This document shows positions 1 to 11,430 of a stretch of 62,706 nt of DNA, one piece after another (position 1 is the first letter of the stretch; every line of letters starts with the position of its first letter). The DNA comes from Rhizaria sp. SCN 62-66 (Eukaryota): contig MEDY01000067.1 of the NCBI GenBank assembly GCA_001724265.1, positions 62,001 to 124,706 of the forward strand. Reading direction: 5' to 3'. The notes below the pieces were generated by a model, which ran no database searches, was not told the origin of the DNA, and was given only the letters and a program-made list of their open reading frames with translations. The position numbers were made by a program, and so were the translations under genes.

Positions 1-3000
1 TCGGCACTTGGGTGTGGAGACAATGATGTACCCCACCCCAGAAGTCGTGGGCACGGCGTGGAGCTGGTTCAAAGTGACCAAGATCCCGCACACGGTGGTG
101 CGGCGCATGCTCGAGAACTACCAGGCAGCCGTGTCCAACGGACTGCCGCGGTCGTTCCTGCTCTTCTCGTCGCTGCCCTTCACGGACCGCATTGACGCGG
201 TGCACTATCACGGCGCGGAGGCGCAGCTCTCGGTACGCAACGCAACATGAAATAACTTGCAACTATACACATATTACTCCTGTGGTGAACTCCGTGTGCT
301 ATTCAAGTTGCTCACATCGTTGTTATCGTGTATCTTACCTTATTCGCTCAGTCGCGCCGCGCGTTCCTGGGCCAAAGTCGTGTCGTCACGCGCGGTACGC
401 GTCTCGAGCAGCAAAGCACGCTTGTTATTGAGAACACCATCACAGACGCAACCACTTTCTCGGTCGACGTGGGTTTCGCTGAAGAAGCACAAATAATGTA
501 CGTTGATGCTGCTACGCGCATGATAACCTACAGACGTATGACTTGTTGTCACAAAAGAAATATCAATCGCATATCAAACGCAATAGCCAAACTTTCACAT
601 TATTTTTCGATTCGCCATCTCCTATTTTTCAGAATCGACAACGTTCCTGGTGTTATCCTCCCCGACATCATCGTTCCGGTCCCGCCTGTGGTTCCAAGCG
701 AGCAAGGTGAGCTGCCCACGCTTGTCGACACTGTCGCGGAGAAACAAGAGGCGCAATCGGTCGCATTAGAGGAGCTCAAAAGTCCTTATGCACACCCACT
801 TGGCACACTTGATCATGACGATACTCACAACGCCATCAACGATGAAAATGACTCTGCTGATAAAAATGACCGCAGCAAGTTCGATGATAACGGTATTCGC
901 CGCGCACGCCGGCGCGGCAACAAAGACAGTGCGAATGACTATGGCAGTGACCCAAACAGCAACAGCAAAAACAGCGCTGCTCGTAGCGGCGGCGCAAAGC
1001 CCACCCCGATTGCAAGCACGTTTAAGCGCGCACCAGCCGTTTTTGCTGCGGAGCGCACGCGCCAGGCAATGGCGGTGCTGGAGCACAAGCAGGAAGAAAG
1101 ACGCGAACGTGCCCAGCGCAAACAGTAGCAACGCAGCGCGCGGGGGCGCGGACGCAGGCGCGGAGGTGGACGGGGACGTGGCGGACGACGAGGACGCAGT
1201 GGGGGTGGAAAGACAACAGAGCCCAGCAACGTAGAGAATGCTGTTTCCGATAACGCATCTCCGTTGGACATCTCTCCCACATCCCTATTACGCCTTGCCA
1301 ACAAACTTTCGACGCTATCCGACTTAGCCCCAACTACAGACAAAAACTCAAACTCCCTAGATGTTCCCGCAGATAGCGTCGTCGCGCACAACACAGGTGT
1401 TACTGGTGCAACTGACGACGATGAAACGGCACCCGTGCTGCCAAGCAGCTGGACGCGACGTGGACTGAGTCCTGCTGCTCTTGATGCACTTGCTGCAGTT
1501 GGCGTTCACGGCGACGCGATTGCGCGCACAAATGTCCGTACAATCGGCAGCGAGCATCGCCACATTGTAGTGGCAAAGGACTCAAGTGTGCGCCGTGCGC
1601 CAACTGTGGGCGCTGGACGCAGCGGCGTGCGCGGCACCCTTGGCGTAACTAAGGCATCCGCAATTGCTGCAATCAGCAAACGTGTGAGCACTTTGTCTGT
1701 TGGCAACAGCGATGGTATCGACAGCGATGATGACGATAACAATGACGACGATGTAAGCTCTGATGACAACGATATCGACAACGTTGTATTTACTTCGCCG
1801 CTTCTCTCGAAGACGTTAATGCAACCGCAACCACGTTTTGCTCCGCTCTCGGTGACCGGCATCCCACTGACTAAGACTACAGGAAAGCCCGGCAGCAGTG
1901 ACTCCAACAAAGTGACTGTTGCGCCAGCGCCCGCGCCGCTGGTGTGGAGCGAGCGCAACGATATCGAGTTCACAGGCGGCGTTAACACTCCGGAGGCGCG
2001 TCAATACCGCGACAGCATCTTTGCTAGTGCTAGTGAGCAGTCGCAAGCCAAGAAAGTCACCACACTGCACATCTCTGATGAGCATGACCCTGAGTCGTCC
2101 GAGGAGTTACAGGCGGACGCAGAGATGCTTGATACATTGGCTGCTATTGCTGCAGGCAGACCGCTGCCAAACACGGATGGCGCCGGCACTGGCGCCGGTG
2201 CGATGCTAGCACGCGCGGTGTCTGTGGCTGCAGCTGCGGCAACCACTGTGGCCGCAACCCTGAGTCAGGCAGTGACAAATGCTGTGACGAGCAATAGTTG
2301 GGGCTCAATGGTTGCTGCCGCGGTGGGTGCAATGACCGCGAATAACTCTGGCGATAAGAAGAGTCACTCGATTCCAGACGCAAACGCCGACGAGTTTAGT
2401 GACAATGACGATGAGTATGACGGTGATGATGATCATATGGACGACAATGACAGCAGCGGCCTTGCTGCCAACGACGGTGAACTCAGTGGCAGCGGTGGCC
2501 ATCGCGCGTCAACACTTGCTACACAATTGCATAGCGATACTAGCAGCGCTGAAAGCAGCACTGCGCTCTCACGACTTGGTAGCGCGCGCGGCGGGCTCGC
2601 AACTCAGCGCAGCAGCAATGCGCTAAGCTTCGGCAACAAAGACCCGTCTTCAGCCGTGTCACCCGCAATGGCGCGCGAACATGGGCGCAAGATGAAGACC
2701 ATGCAGACGCAGATTCTTCCCTTGATTGATTTGATTGGGCTTGCAGAGTCTTTTTACGTCACGTTTGGACTCACATTCCTGTATCAGACCGTCATCGGCT
2801 TTGGTGTACGTCTAATTTCCACAAAAAAGCATTGAAATCTAATCCCACGTGTTACACTCGGTTCCTATTGTTCGATTTATTGTCTGTTTATCTCTATCTA
2901 TAATCAGCTGTAATTTTTCTCTTGCCTATTGTCGCGCAGGGAGAGTACTCGTTGGTCGTGCCGCCTAACACGGCCCACGTGGGCCACATCGTCCACCACC

Positions 3001-3980
3001 TGGGCTACTCACACGTGCCCTTCAGCGTCGACCTGGTGCGGCAAGAGACGTACTGGCCCGCGCAGTGGATTGCGGACATGCATCTCCCCGCGGACCCGGT
3101 CAGTACGGTCGACGCAAACAGGTTTTCGCTGCTCGCAATGCGCGGACCGAAGATACACCGGCCCACCGTCACAGCATCAGCAATAGCGGCGGCAGCAGCA
3201 GCGCGCAACGACAGTTGCGAGACTGCTCAACGTGCGGCGAGTGCACTGTTGACCTGTGCGGAACCTGTGGGTACGAAGCGCGAGAGTGCAGAAAGTGTGG
3301 ATACGGAACATGTGGGACCCGTGGGTGCGGTGCACAGAGTGCGCACGGAGAGTGTGGGTGGCGGCACTATGAGTACACTTGACCGCAAAGGTACCGGCCG
3401 CGCGCCCCTTAACATCAACGCTAAGCACAACGCTGCTGTAACAGCAGCGGCAAGTGGTGATGCAACCAATGCGCAAGTGAAGCCGCAGACGCTGTTCAGC
3501 AGCGGTGACGACAATGCCGGCTCAAGTTCAAGCAAGAGCGCTGAAAAGACTAACAGCGCCGCGGACAATGCCGCATCTAGTGGCAGCAATGCGGCGACAA
3601 ACGCAGCTTTATCCTTAACTGCTGGGAGTACTGATGTAAATGCTGGTGTAAGTGCTGGTGTAAGTGCTGCCGCGCTGGCGGACTTGCGTCGCGTGCTCGC
3701 GCGCGAGTCCTCCGCCACTTCAAAACGTGAGTCGAGCTTTCGCACAATGCAGACGTCCTCGACAGGGTTCCTGACCGACTTTTGCGTGAACCCGTTCCTC
3801 GAGTCAGACCCCGTGCCATTCACAGTGCGCGGCGCGTCGGTTGAGATGGACCTGTACTCACTGGTGAACCCCCTGGGTCTGGAGCACCCGGCGTACGAGC
3901 TGCACCATTTCGCCATTAGCGGGACGTACTCGGCTACCAACACGTTCTTTGTTGAGTTCGTAATTGAGCGCACGTCATGA
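1..3980 (+). CDS. 5'-truncated multi-exon gene with one in-frame TAG; unknown protein, possibly an aerolysin/natterin-like beta-pore-forming fold with long low-complexity inserts
   Basis: Exons <1-232, 352-497, 633-2805, 2940-3980. Donors GTACGC/GTACGT at 233, 498, 2806; acceptor AG ends at 351, 632, 2939; splicing keeps the frame. ORFs 328..1128 and 1264..2835 share a frame and are separated only by TAG 1126-1128 (RKQ*QRSARGRGRRRGGGRG...). Ends TGA 3978-3980. The fold guess rests on recalled motifs only. Confidence 0.7.
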
Positions 3981-4697
3981 GAGTGTGATGGGGCGACGAT
4001 GGGTGCCGTGACTATAATTGAGCTTAGCAACGCTGGCGTGATTGTCAGAGTGTTTAGAAGGACTAACTATGTTATTGTACAGCAGTTATTGTTATATTTT
4101 GTGAATGTGATGTATGTTATGACTAATACAGATTTTGATTGAATGATGTTTGTGTTGACTTGAAGTATTTCTGGCGCAACGAGATATCCGTTGAATTGCG
4201 ATAAAACCAGCATTTGTGGTGGGACCGATGAGCGGGAGAGGGGTGGACTCGAGACTCTTCTTTGGTATCGAAGTAACATGAATCAGAATCCGTTGTCCTT
4301 AGTTTCACTTGTATTTTCCGAAACAATCATAGATGAATTATTTGCTTTTCAAATTAAGTACCTAGAAAATATCATTAAGAACGCAGAATTGATCTCGAAA
4401 CTCATCACACTCTGCTTTGTAACGTCCGTAATCCCTAACCCAGCCCTTCTTCTCTCAGCCCACCGCACTGTATCAACCAAAAGATCCCGCGGGCATTGAA
4501 TATATTTTCTCCATGGGTAACCTTATTGCCCCCGTGGCGACTAAGCCCGTTCTTATCAACGGAGACTGGGTCGAGGCCACGTACGTCCACACTCTTCTCA
4601 TCGCTATATTCGCGAACTAATTGCTTTTTCTCTCGGCGTATTGCTCAAAGGCACATTTTAACCCTCTCTCAATCCTTTTTGTAGCATTGAACCCGGC

Positions 4698-6137
4698 ATG
4701 AATGAGACGTTTTCCTTCTCCATCCCCGACCTGGCCTACTTCCTGTCCTGCGCTGACCCCGACAACGCCGACGCCGCCGCTGCTGCTGCCGACGTTACCC
4801 TGAGCAACGCGGAGCTGAGCCTGCTGGTTCAGGTCGAGGTGCTCTCGGGCGCCATCGAAGGTCTGTATGTGGCCGAGCAGGCGACGATGCCCAGCGCGTC
4901 CCGCTGTGTGCTGCAGCAGCACCGCCTCGCCTTCTGTCCCTACCCGCACTGCGACCGCAACGGCGGACGCGCATTCAACACGTACGTCCAACACACGATG
5001 AGCATGATCCTGATCATATCTATCACCTGAAAGTCACCTTGCGTGATAAAGCAACTCCTCTCTTACGGTGGTATCATTACTATCAGCTCCTCATCTTTGC
5101 TGCTCAATTTCTCATCTGTTTCTTCTACAACCTGATCTGGTTCACATCAAACCCCTGTTTGTCTATCGTTATCCCGCAACAGCTCCGGCGGCGCGTGCCC
5201 GCACTGCATGCTGCCCTCGTCGACCTTTACTGCCGTCTCACCGCAGCGCGACTCGACCGCGATGACCTCGGACTGGGCCTCGCTGCCGCGCGTGCGTGCG
5301 CGCGCGCTGACCGCCGCCGAGGAAGACGGACTCGAGGTCCCCGCAGACGCGACGCTGCGCGCGCAGCCCGCCGACGCGTACGCGCAGGCCGGCGGCGCGC
5401 TCACCGTGCGCCTGTTGCTCACCCCGCACTTGTCCTAGCTCCCCAAGACCTCTGCCTCCGCCTCCACCGCGGCGTCAACGTCGACGTCAGCGTCGGAGTC
5501 CGGTGAGACCGCTCCCGGCACCGGCCTCGCTGGCACGAGCGTGACGGCGGCGGCGCTGGCCAACGCGATCGACCTGCAGCCGCGCTCGCCGGCGTGCGGC
5601 GCGGCCTCGTGCGCGCCCGCAGGCGCCGCGCCGCGCGCCTTTCACGCCGTCGTGCGCGGCTGCGCGCTGAAAAAGCGCGACGTCGTCGACAAGGCCAAGG
5701 GCAAGACGGCAACGGGCGCGGCGGCGTGGGCGCTGCTGGGCGCCGTCCCCGCGCGCGTGCGCGTGCGCGTGGCTACGGCGCGGCTCCCGCGGCCCGCGGC
5801 GCTGCGCACTGGCGGCGTCGCGGCCCGCAAGCGCGCGCTGGCAAGCGAGGGCGGCGACGACGCCAACAGTAACAGCGCGAGCGCCGGCGACGGGGAGGAG
5901 AGGCCCGAGGACGAGCCCGCGGCCGTGGCCGCCGCCCACGCCGGCTGGGCCGCGGCCTGGGCGCAGCGGCGTGAGCGCGAGAGGACTCGCAAGCAAGCGA
6001 AGCAACAAAAAGGCCCTGCTGCCGCTGCTGCTCCTGTTGCTGCGCCTGCGAATACCGATGCGGCTGAGACGAATGAGGTGGCTGAGACCGAGGCAGCCGC
6101 GGGCGATGAGAGCAAGAGTGCTGAGGCGGCTGCCTAA
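4698..6137 (+). CDS. Two-exon gene (about 412 aa) with one in-frame TAG; C4 zinc-ribbon protein of unknown function
   Basis: Exons 4698-4981 and 5183-6137 (intron GTACGT...CAG, 4982-5182). Splicing joins CPYPHC...AFNT|SGGACPHC into a two-pair Cys ribbon. ORFs 5208..5438 and 5541..6137 share a frame, joined across TAG 5436-5438 (PHLS*LPKTSAS). Ends TAA. Confidence 0.7.
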
Positions 6138-6774
6138 GCTTATGTTTAAACATTTGCTCCTGACGACGCCCCCTTGCGGTCGGGGTGATCGTCTTGAGAT
6201 CTAGAAAGTGAAGAATCAATCATGCGATCCGTTCTGATGATTCGCGAAGTTTGTTGCTGTTCCTTTAGCAGCATTAGATGTTGCTATATATCCTCGTTTC
6301 CTTATTTGTGTCTTAATTCGTGCTTGTTTCAGTTAATTTTTAAAATAATCCTGTTGGACCTCGCCTTAATTTTCCGGAGGCGTCTCGATTGCAATCAATA
6401 CATGTGTGGCTGTGTTGTATTGTTGCTTCGACACACTGGCTTATATTATTTTTAAAATGTATTGCACACAAACTGTGCGCCGTCACAGTTAGAGGATTTA
6501 AGCTAGCAATGCTATAATGCGATTAAACACTACACACACTGCAAGCGATATAACAAGTTCTAGATAACATGTCATCGTTTAGGGTAGCATCAGCTAAACA
6601 ATAATGTAAGTAATTGGAGTAAATCAAATCAGTTCCTCCGGCCCCAGCGCCTGTACATAACAATCGGGGACAGTGCAACTCAGTGCAGCGGAGTTACATA
6701 CAGTGGATCAAAAAAGGGGCCTAAATATACCCCCTTTTTTCTCAAGTGTTGTTTGTCACTGTCACCTCGCCACA

Positions 6775-9387
6775 TCACTGGCCCCAACCCCAGCGCGCGC
6801 CTGCCGCGTCGGCCGCCGCCGCGCGCTCGCGCTGCTGCCGCGCCGCCGCCTCGGCCGCCGCCGCCGCCGCGCGCTGTCCGCCGCGGCTCGCGCCCCGGCT
6901 GCTGCCGACGTCGCCGGCCGCAGCCGCGGTCTGCGGCCGACTGCTGACATTATCACCGTTGTTGGCGGTGGTGTTGCCGCTGAGAGGATCGCCGATGCTC
7001 TTGACGATGCGGGCCACCGCGCGCTGCAGCGACGCCGCTGCCGCGGCCTCAGCGGCCGACGGATGCGAGTGGTGCTGCTCAGGCTGCTCCTTGGCCGGGG
7101 CGGCGGCGTCGCCCTGCTGCCCTTGCTGCCTCTGCTGCTGATGCTGAGACTGCGCCTGCTGAGGCTGTGCGAGCTGCTGCGGCTGCGCGGCGCGGGCACC
7201 GGCGGGCGCAGCGGGCGACGGAGCCGCCGAGCCACGCACTAACGCTGACACTGACGCTGACGCCGACGCCGACGCAGAGGTGGAGGTGGAGGCAGAGGCG
7301 CTGAAGGCTGCGCCGCCACTGTAGCTGTCGCGCCTGCCGAGCCCGGGGCCCGGCGTCGCCCCACGCACTCTCGCACCGCCACTGCCGCTGCCGCTATTGG
7401 GGTTCGTAGCAGCAGCAGCAGCAGCGGCAGCGCTGGCATTGGCGTTGGCGCTGGCGGTCTGGCGGCGACGAATGCGCTCGCCAGCCTCGCGCTGCCTGCG
7501 CGCACGGTCAGACTCGGGGAAACCCTGCGGCAGCGCGTACGAGTTGGGCGCCGGCGCGCAGTTGGAGTCGACGACGCAGCGCTTGACGTCACTGGCGGCC
7601 GCGGTGCCCGGCAGCGGCACGGTCATGACGCCCGTCGTGCTATCATACCCGCGCGTGCGCACGTTACGCGCAGTCAACCAGCCCGAGCGGTCCAGCGGCG
7701 CGGGCGCGCGCACGGCCGCCAGCGCCGCCGCCGTCGCCGTCGCCGGGCGCGCGCTCTCGGCGCCGCTGCCGGCGCTCGTCGCCGGGCGCGCCGTGGCGTT
7801 GGGCGTGAATGGGCGCACGGGCGGGGAGGACAGCGGACGCACGGTCTCCGCGATGGTCCCGTTGAGCGGGAGGTACTTGGGCCCGGGGCCTTGCGTGCCG
7901 AGCCGCGCGGCGCGCGAGTGCTTGTACGAGATGAACGGCTGCGCCTCGACGGGAGGGAAGCGCGCCGAGAGGCCCGTGCGCGCGGTGAAGTGCAGTGACG
8001 CGGCGGCCTCCTCGCGCGCCACGCGCAGCCGCGTCTGCTGCGCGGCGTCGCCCTCTTCCTCGTCGCCCGCGCCGCCGCCGTAGCCCACGGAGCGGTAGCC
8101 GCGACCGCGCGAGGCGGCGCGCGCGGCCGCGGCCTCGGCGGCCTCGTTCTGCTGCTGGTGCGACACGCCACTCGCGCCCGCGCCGGTGCCAGAGCCAGAG
8201 CCAGCGCCAGAGCCAGCGCCAGAGGCAGCTGCGCCCGCGCCAGAGCCGGAGCCGCCGCTCTGCGCCGCGGAGCCGGAGCCCAAGGCGGCGGCGCTGGCGT
8301 TGGCGGTGGCGGCGGCCGCGTTGGCGGCGGCAGCGGCGAGCGCTGCGGAGACCGGCGGCGCGCCCGTGGCAGCCCGGCGCAGCGCGCGCTTGCGCTCTGG
8401 CGCCGAGACAAACCCGGGGCCCAGCGAGGTGCGGGGGGCGCCACCGTCGACGCGCGCCCAGTCGGAGCCGAAGTCAGCGTGGTCGTAGCTGCCGGGGCCC
8501 GTGAGCGACAGGGAGCGGATGCGGCGGTCCTCGGCGATCTTGCGCGCCAAATCGTCCTTGAAGTGAGGCTTGAACGACGGGTGCGGCGCCGTGCGGTGCT
8601 TGTCAACCGTGGTGCTGGGCAGCGCGTACTTGGGGCCGGGCCCCGCGGCGCCGGGCGTGTGCTTGAGCTGCTCCTCGGAGATGAAGAAGCCGGTGAAGCG
8701 GCGCTCGGAGCCGAACTGGTGCTGCGGCGCGCGCGGCTCAGTCTGCGTGAAGCGCAGCGAGTAGGCGCCCGGCTCGGGCTGCACTGTGCGCGACGTCGTC
8801 AGCACGGGGCCCGGCTCCTCGGACGGCTTCAGCCACAGCCACGCTGCGCGCGTGGACGGGTCCGACACGTCGGTCGGCGCCGCAGCCAGCGTGGAGCTGC
8901 CACCGAAGCCGCCGCGGTCGCCGCCGGACGTCCCGGGGCGCGTTCCCGCGCCCGCCGCGACTGCGGAGGACGAGGACGAGCGCGCAGTGCCGCGCCGGGT
9001 GTGCGGGCGCGAAGAGGAGCGGGCGCCCGAGCGCCTGGAGCTGTTGTTCGCGTTGGCGGCGTTTGCAGCAGCGGCGGCGGCGGCGAGGCGGAGGCGGCGC
9101 GACTCGGCCAGCGAGCGCGGGGGCGCGCCGTGCCCGGCCGCGCCCGAGTCGTCAAAGCCGTCGTACATGGGCTCATTCGCGCCCGACGCGGCGGCCGCGG
9201 CCTCTTGGCGGCGCGTGGTGGCGCCCTGTGCGATGGCGCGGCGCATCGTGGTGGAGGAGAGAGGGAGGTCGCGGCCATCGAGCGTGGGGCGGCCCGTGCT
9301 GAGCGTGGACGCGATTGAGTACGCGCCGGGACCGGGGCCCGGATCCGCCACAACGTCAATGCGGCGGGAAAGGCCAAAGGTCGCCAT
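6775..9387 (-). CDS. SHIPPO/sperm-tail PG-rich repeat protein (ODF3/STPG-like axonemal protein)
   Basis: 870-aa ORF with repeated PGPGAY-type motifs (PGPGPGAYSI, PEPGAYSL, GPGPKYALP, TGPGSYDH, GPGPKYLP, PAPNSYALP) and linked F-G/S-x-x-R motifs (ATFGLSRR, QFGSERRF). Ends TGA. The frame stays open upstream to a pyrimidine-rich CAG acceptor near 9450, so a 5' exon may exist. Confidence 0.75.
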   Translation of the reverse strand: MATFGLSRRIDVVADPGPGPGAYSIASTLSTGRPTLDGRDLPLSSTTMRRAIAQGATTRRQEAAAAASGANEPMYDGFDDSGAAGHGAPPRSLAESRRLRLAAAAAAANAANANNSSRRSGARSSSRPHTRRGTARSSSSSAVAAGAGTRPGTSGGDRGGFGGSSTLAAAPTDVSDPSTRAAWLWLKPSEEPGPVLTTSRTVQPEPGAYSLRFTQTEPRAPQHQFGSERRFTGFFISEEQLKHTPGAAGPGPKYALPSTTVDKHRTAPHPSFKPHFKDDLARKIAEDRRIRSLSLTGPGSYDHADFGSDWARVDGGAPRTSLGPGFVSAPERKRALRRAATGAPPVSAALAAAAANAAAATANASAAALGSGSAAQSGGSGSGAGAAASGAGSGAGSGSGTGAGASGVSHQQQNEAAEAAAARAASRGRGYRSVGYGGGAGDEEEGDAAQQTRLRVAREEAAASLHFTARTGLSARFPPVEAQPFISYKHSRAARLGTQGPGPKYLPLNGTIAETVRPLSSPPVRPFTPNATARPATSAGSGAESARPATATAAALAAVRAPAPLDRSGWLTARNVRTRGYDSTTGVMTVPLPGTAAASDVKRCVVDSNCAPAPNSYALPQGFPESDRARRQREAGERIRRRQTASANANASAAAAAAAATNPNSGSGSGGARVRGATPGPGLGRRDSYSGGAAFSASASTSTSASASASASVSALVRGSAAPSPAAPAGARAAQPQQLAQPQQAQSQHQQQRQQGQQGDAAAPAKEQPEQHHSHPSAAEAAAAASLQRAVARIVKSIGDPLSGNTTANNGDNVSSRPQTAAAAGDVGSSRGASRGGQRAAAAAAEAAARQQRERAAAADAAGARWGWGQ

Positions 9388-9926
9388 GGGGGCTCGAGTG
9401 TCAAAGGCACAAACCTCAGGAAGGGTGGTGGCAAGAGAAACAGGTCGACCTGGGAAAGAACGGGAAAGAAGACTGTGTACCGAGGTATGTGTAGCGGTGT
9501 TGTAAGGAAAATAAGTTTAAATATGCATGATTCATATGGTCACATAGCTTATCATACATATTATAAAAGCACTGCACGATGATGAAAAGAAGAAGCATGA
9601 TGTAACGGAAACGAAATGGAGGCAGCAGCAAGAGCCTTGCCGCCGTGGCCCGGTTCGCAAAAAAGCCCGGGAGGCGGACAAAACCAAACCAACTCTGCGC
9701 TCTTTTCAAGGGCAAACAACACGTCTGATACTCGTTGTTTTACAACACGGATAGTGTCTATAGTGTTACCATGTAGTATTCTTTTCTTGCATTTACAGTC
9801 GCATTTATCACGAACCCACCTTAGGCGCCATCGGCCGCGCCCAACAACCCCCACCCGCATCGCACCCAGTCTCATCATCGCCCACCTCTTTCCGCCTCAA
9901 CTGCTTCTCTTTCGCTAATAGAGACA

Positions 9927-10564
9927 ATGTCTAGTCACGGCCACGACGACGGGCACAACGCTCACCCCCACTTCCCCCCCAAGGGTACGTCTCTCTCTTC
10001 CTGCCTCTACTGCGTCCCTTCCTAACTCGCGCTCCAACCAATGCCGATCATCTTCGCCACCCGCTCACCACTTTTGCTTTTCTCTCTTGCTCTGATGACA
10101 ACACCGTTCCGCGTGTGCAGAGGTTCACACCACCACCAAGGAGCTTGACGCCATGAACGTGCCTCTGCAGTTCCGCACCCAGTGCGTCGACATCTTCATC
10201 CCTCTCTGGCGCGTACGTCAATCAATCGCCACTATTTACTACATTTTGCGTTTTCTAGCGTCGAGTTCGTTGTAATCGCTTACTCTTTAAATGGTTTTGC
10301 GTTCAGTTGTATATCTCATTAACTGCATTATATGTTTATTCTCTTTTCTGTCGTGCCCTGTATTTTTCCTATCTCCGACGACAACAAAACCCTTCCCGTT
10401 TCTCCCATCACTGCTATCGACACCCTCACGCACAGTGCTGGAACAAGCAGCACGGCTTCGGCTGCGACCACTACAAGCATGAGTGGGAGCGCTGCAACGA
10501 CCAGCTGCTTGAGGAGCTCAAGGCCAAGAAGCTCGCCGCCCTTGCCGCCAAGAAGCAGCAGTAA
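9927..10564 (+). CDS. NDUFB7: Mitochondrial complex I accessory subunit NDUFB7 (B18), 92 aa
   Basis: Exons 9927-9984, 10121-10212, 10436-10564 (GTACGT donors, CAG acceptors; 279 nt total). Protein MSSHGHDDGHNAHPHFPPKEVHTTTKELDAMNVPLQFRTQCVDIFIPLWRCWNKQHGFGCDHYKHEWERCNDQLLEELKAKK...; twin CX9C and the E-x-D-A-x-x-V-P-L-x-x-R-x-x-C signature. Ends TAA. Confidence 0.85.
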
Positions 10565-11430
10565 GCAGTCTGCCGTCAGTAAGTCTCGACCATATCGTTT
10601 ACACAGTATAGAGTTAGTTTAACGCAAGCAAGCGCACCCGCATGCCTAAGAGCGTGTGATCACGCTTGCTATTGCGTTTAACCCACTCAAAACCCTTACA
10701 AAACAAAACAAAACACGTGCTTTGCATGAACAAACGCAACAAATTCTCACAACACAAATGCGGCATAACACGCAACTCAGCGACTCGAGGACGTTGGTAC
10801 GTCCGGCATCGTCGTCTGGGAGGGGCAGTTTCTCTCGGCTCGAGCAGGCTGGTGGTATATTTAAGTTAAGCCTGAGCAACTGTCCCTCTCTGTGTCTGCG
10901 CTGTAATCCAGTCACACGTTCGCTCTCAGTAAGCGTATGACTTTCTGTGGACCTGTCTGTGCTGTATTCGTTGCTGATGTTGTTGCATAGCACTGATGAA
11001 TTGAGTGTGCGGGCAGCGTGGGCGGCGAGTGCTCCGTTTGAGCGCGCGCCGTCCGCCTTTACACAACACGCGCTGTGTGCATGTATTATGCTGCACGCGC
11101 GGGTCTTTTATTTTGCCAAAGCCAAAGCTGTGACGCAGACGCGCACTCGCAAGCATTATTTTAATAAAATCCTACATTGTCTTCGATTTTGTGACCGAAA
11201 AATTGCTATCACAACTACAATGATCACGTCAGTTGCTCACGTCGCGTCCAAGAGTGCGTGCTTTCATTCTAGCATAGTGATGTGAGCCAGTGGGCATCGA
11301 AAGAAAATAGGCTATGTATCAATTGTAGGTTTTAAAATCAAAATCTCCGAGTCCGTCGTCATTTACTTCAGACCTTTGCTGTTCAGGAGACCTGTCACTG
11401 CTCACTTGTTGTCACTTGTTGACAGTCACT

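Noticed and set aside
10600-11430. Short ORFs and a GC-rich partial hairpin (about 11068-11100) between NDUFB7 and the AAA gene
   Set aside because: No convincing splice model, protein motif or complete snoRNA box set; probably convergent 3' UTRs.
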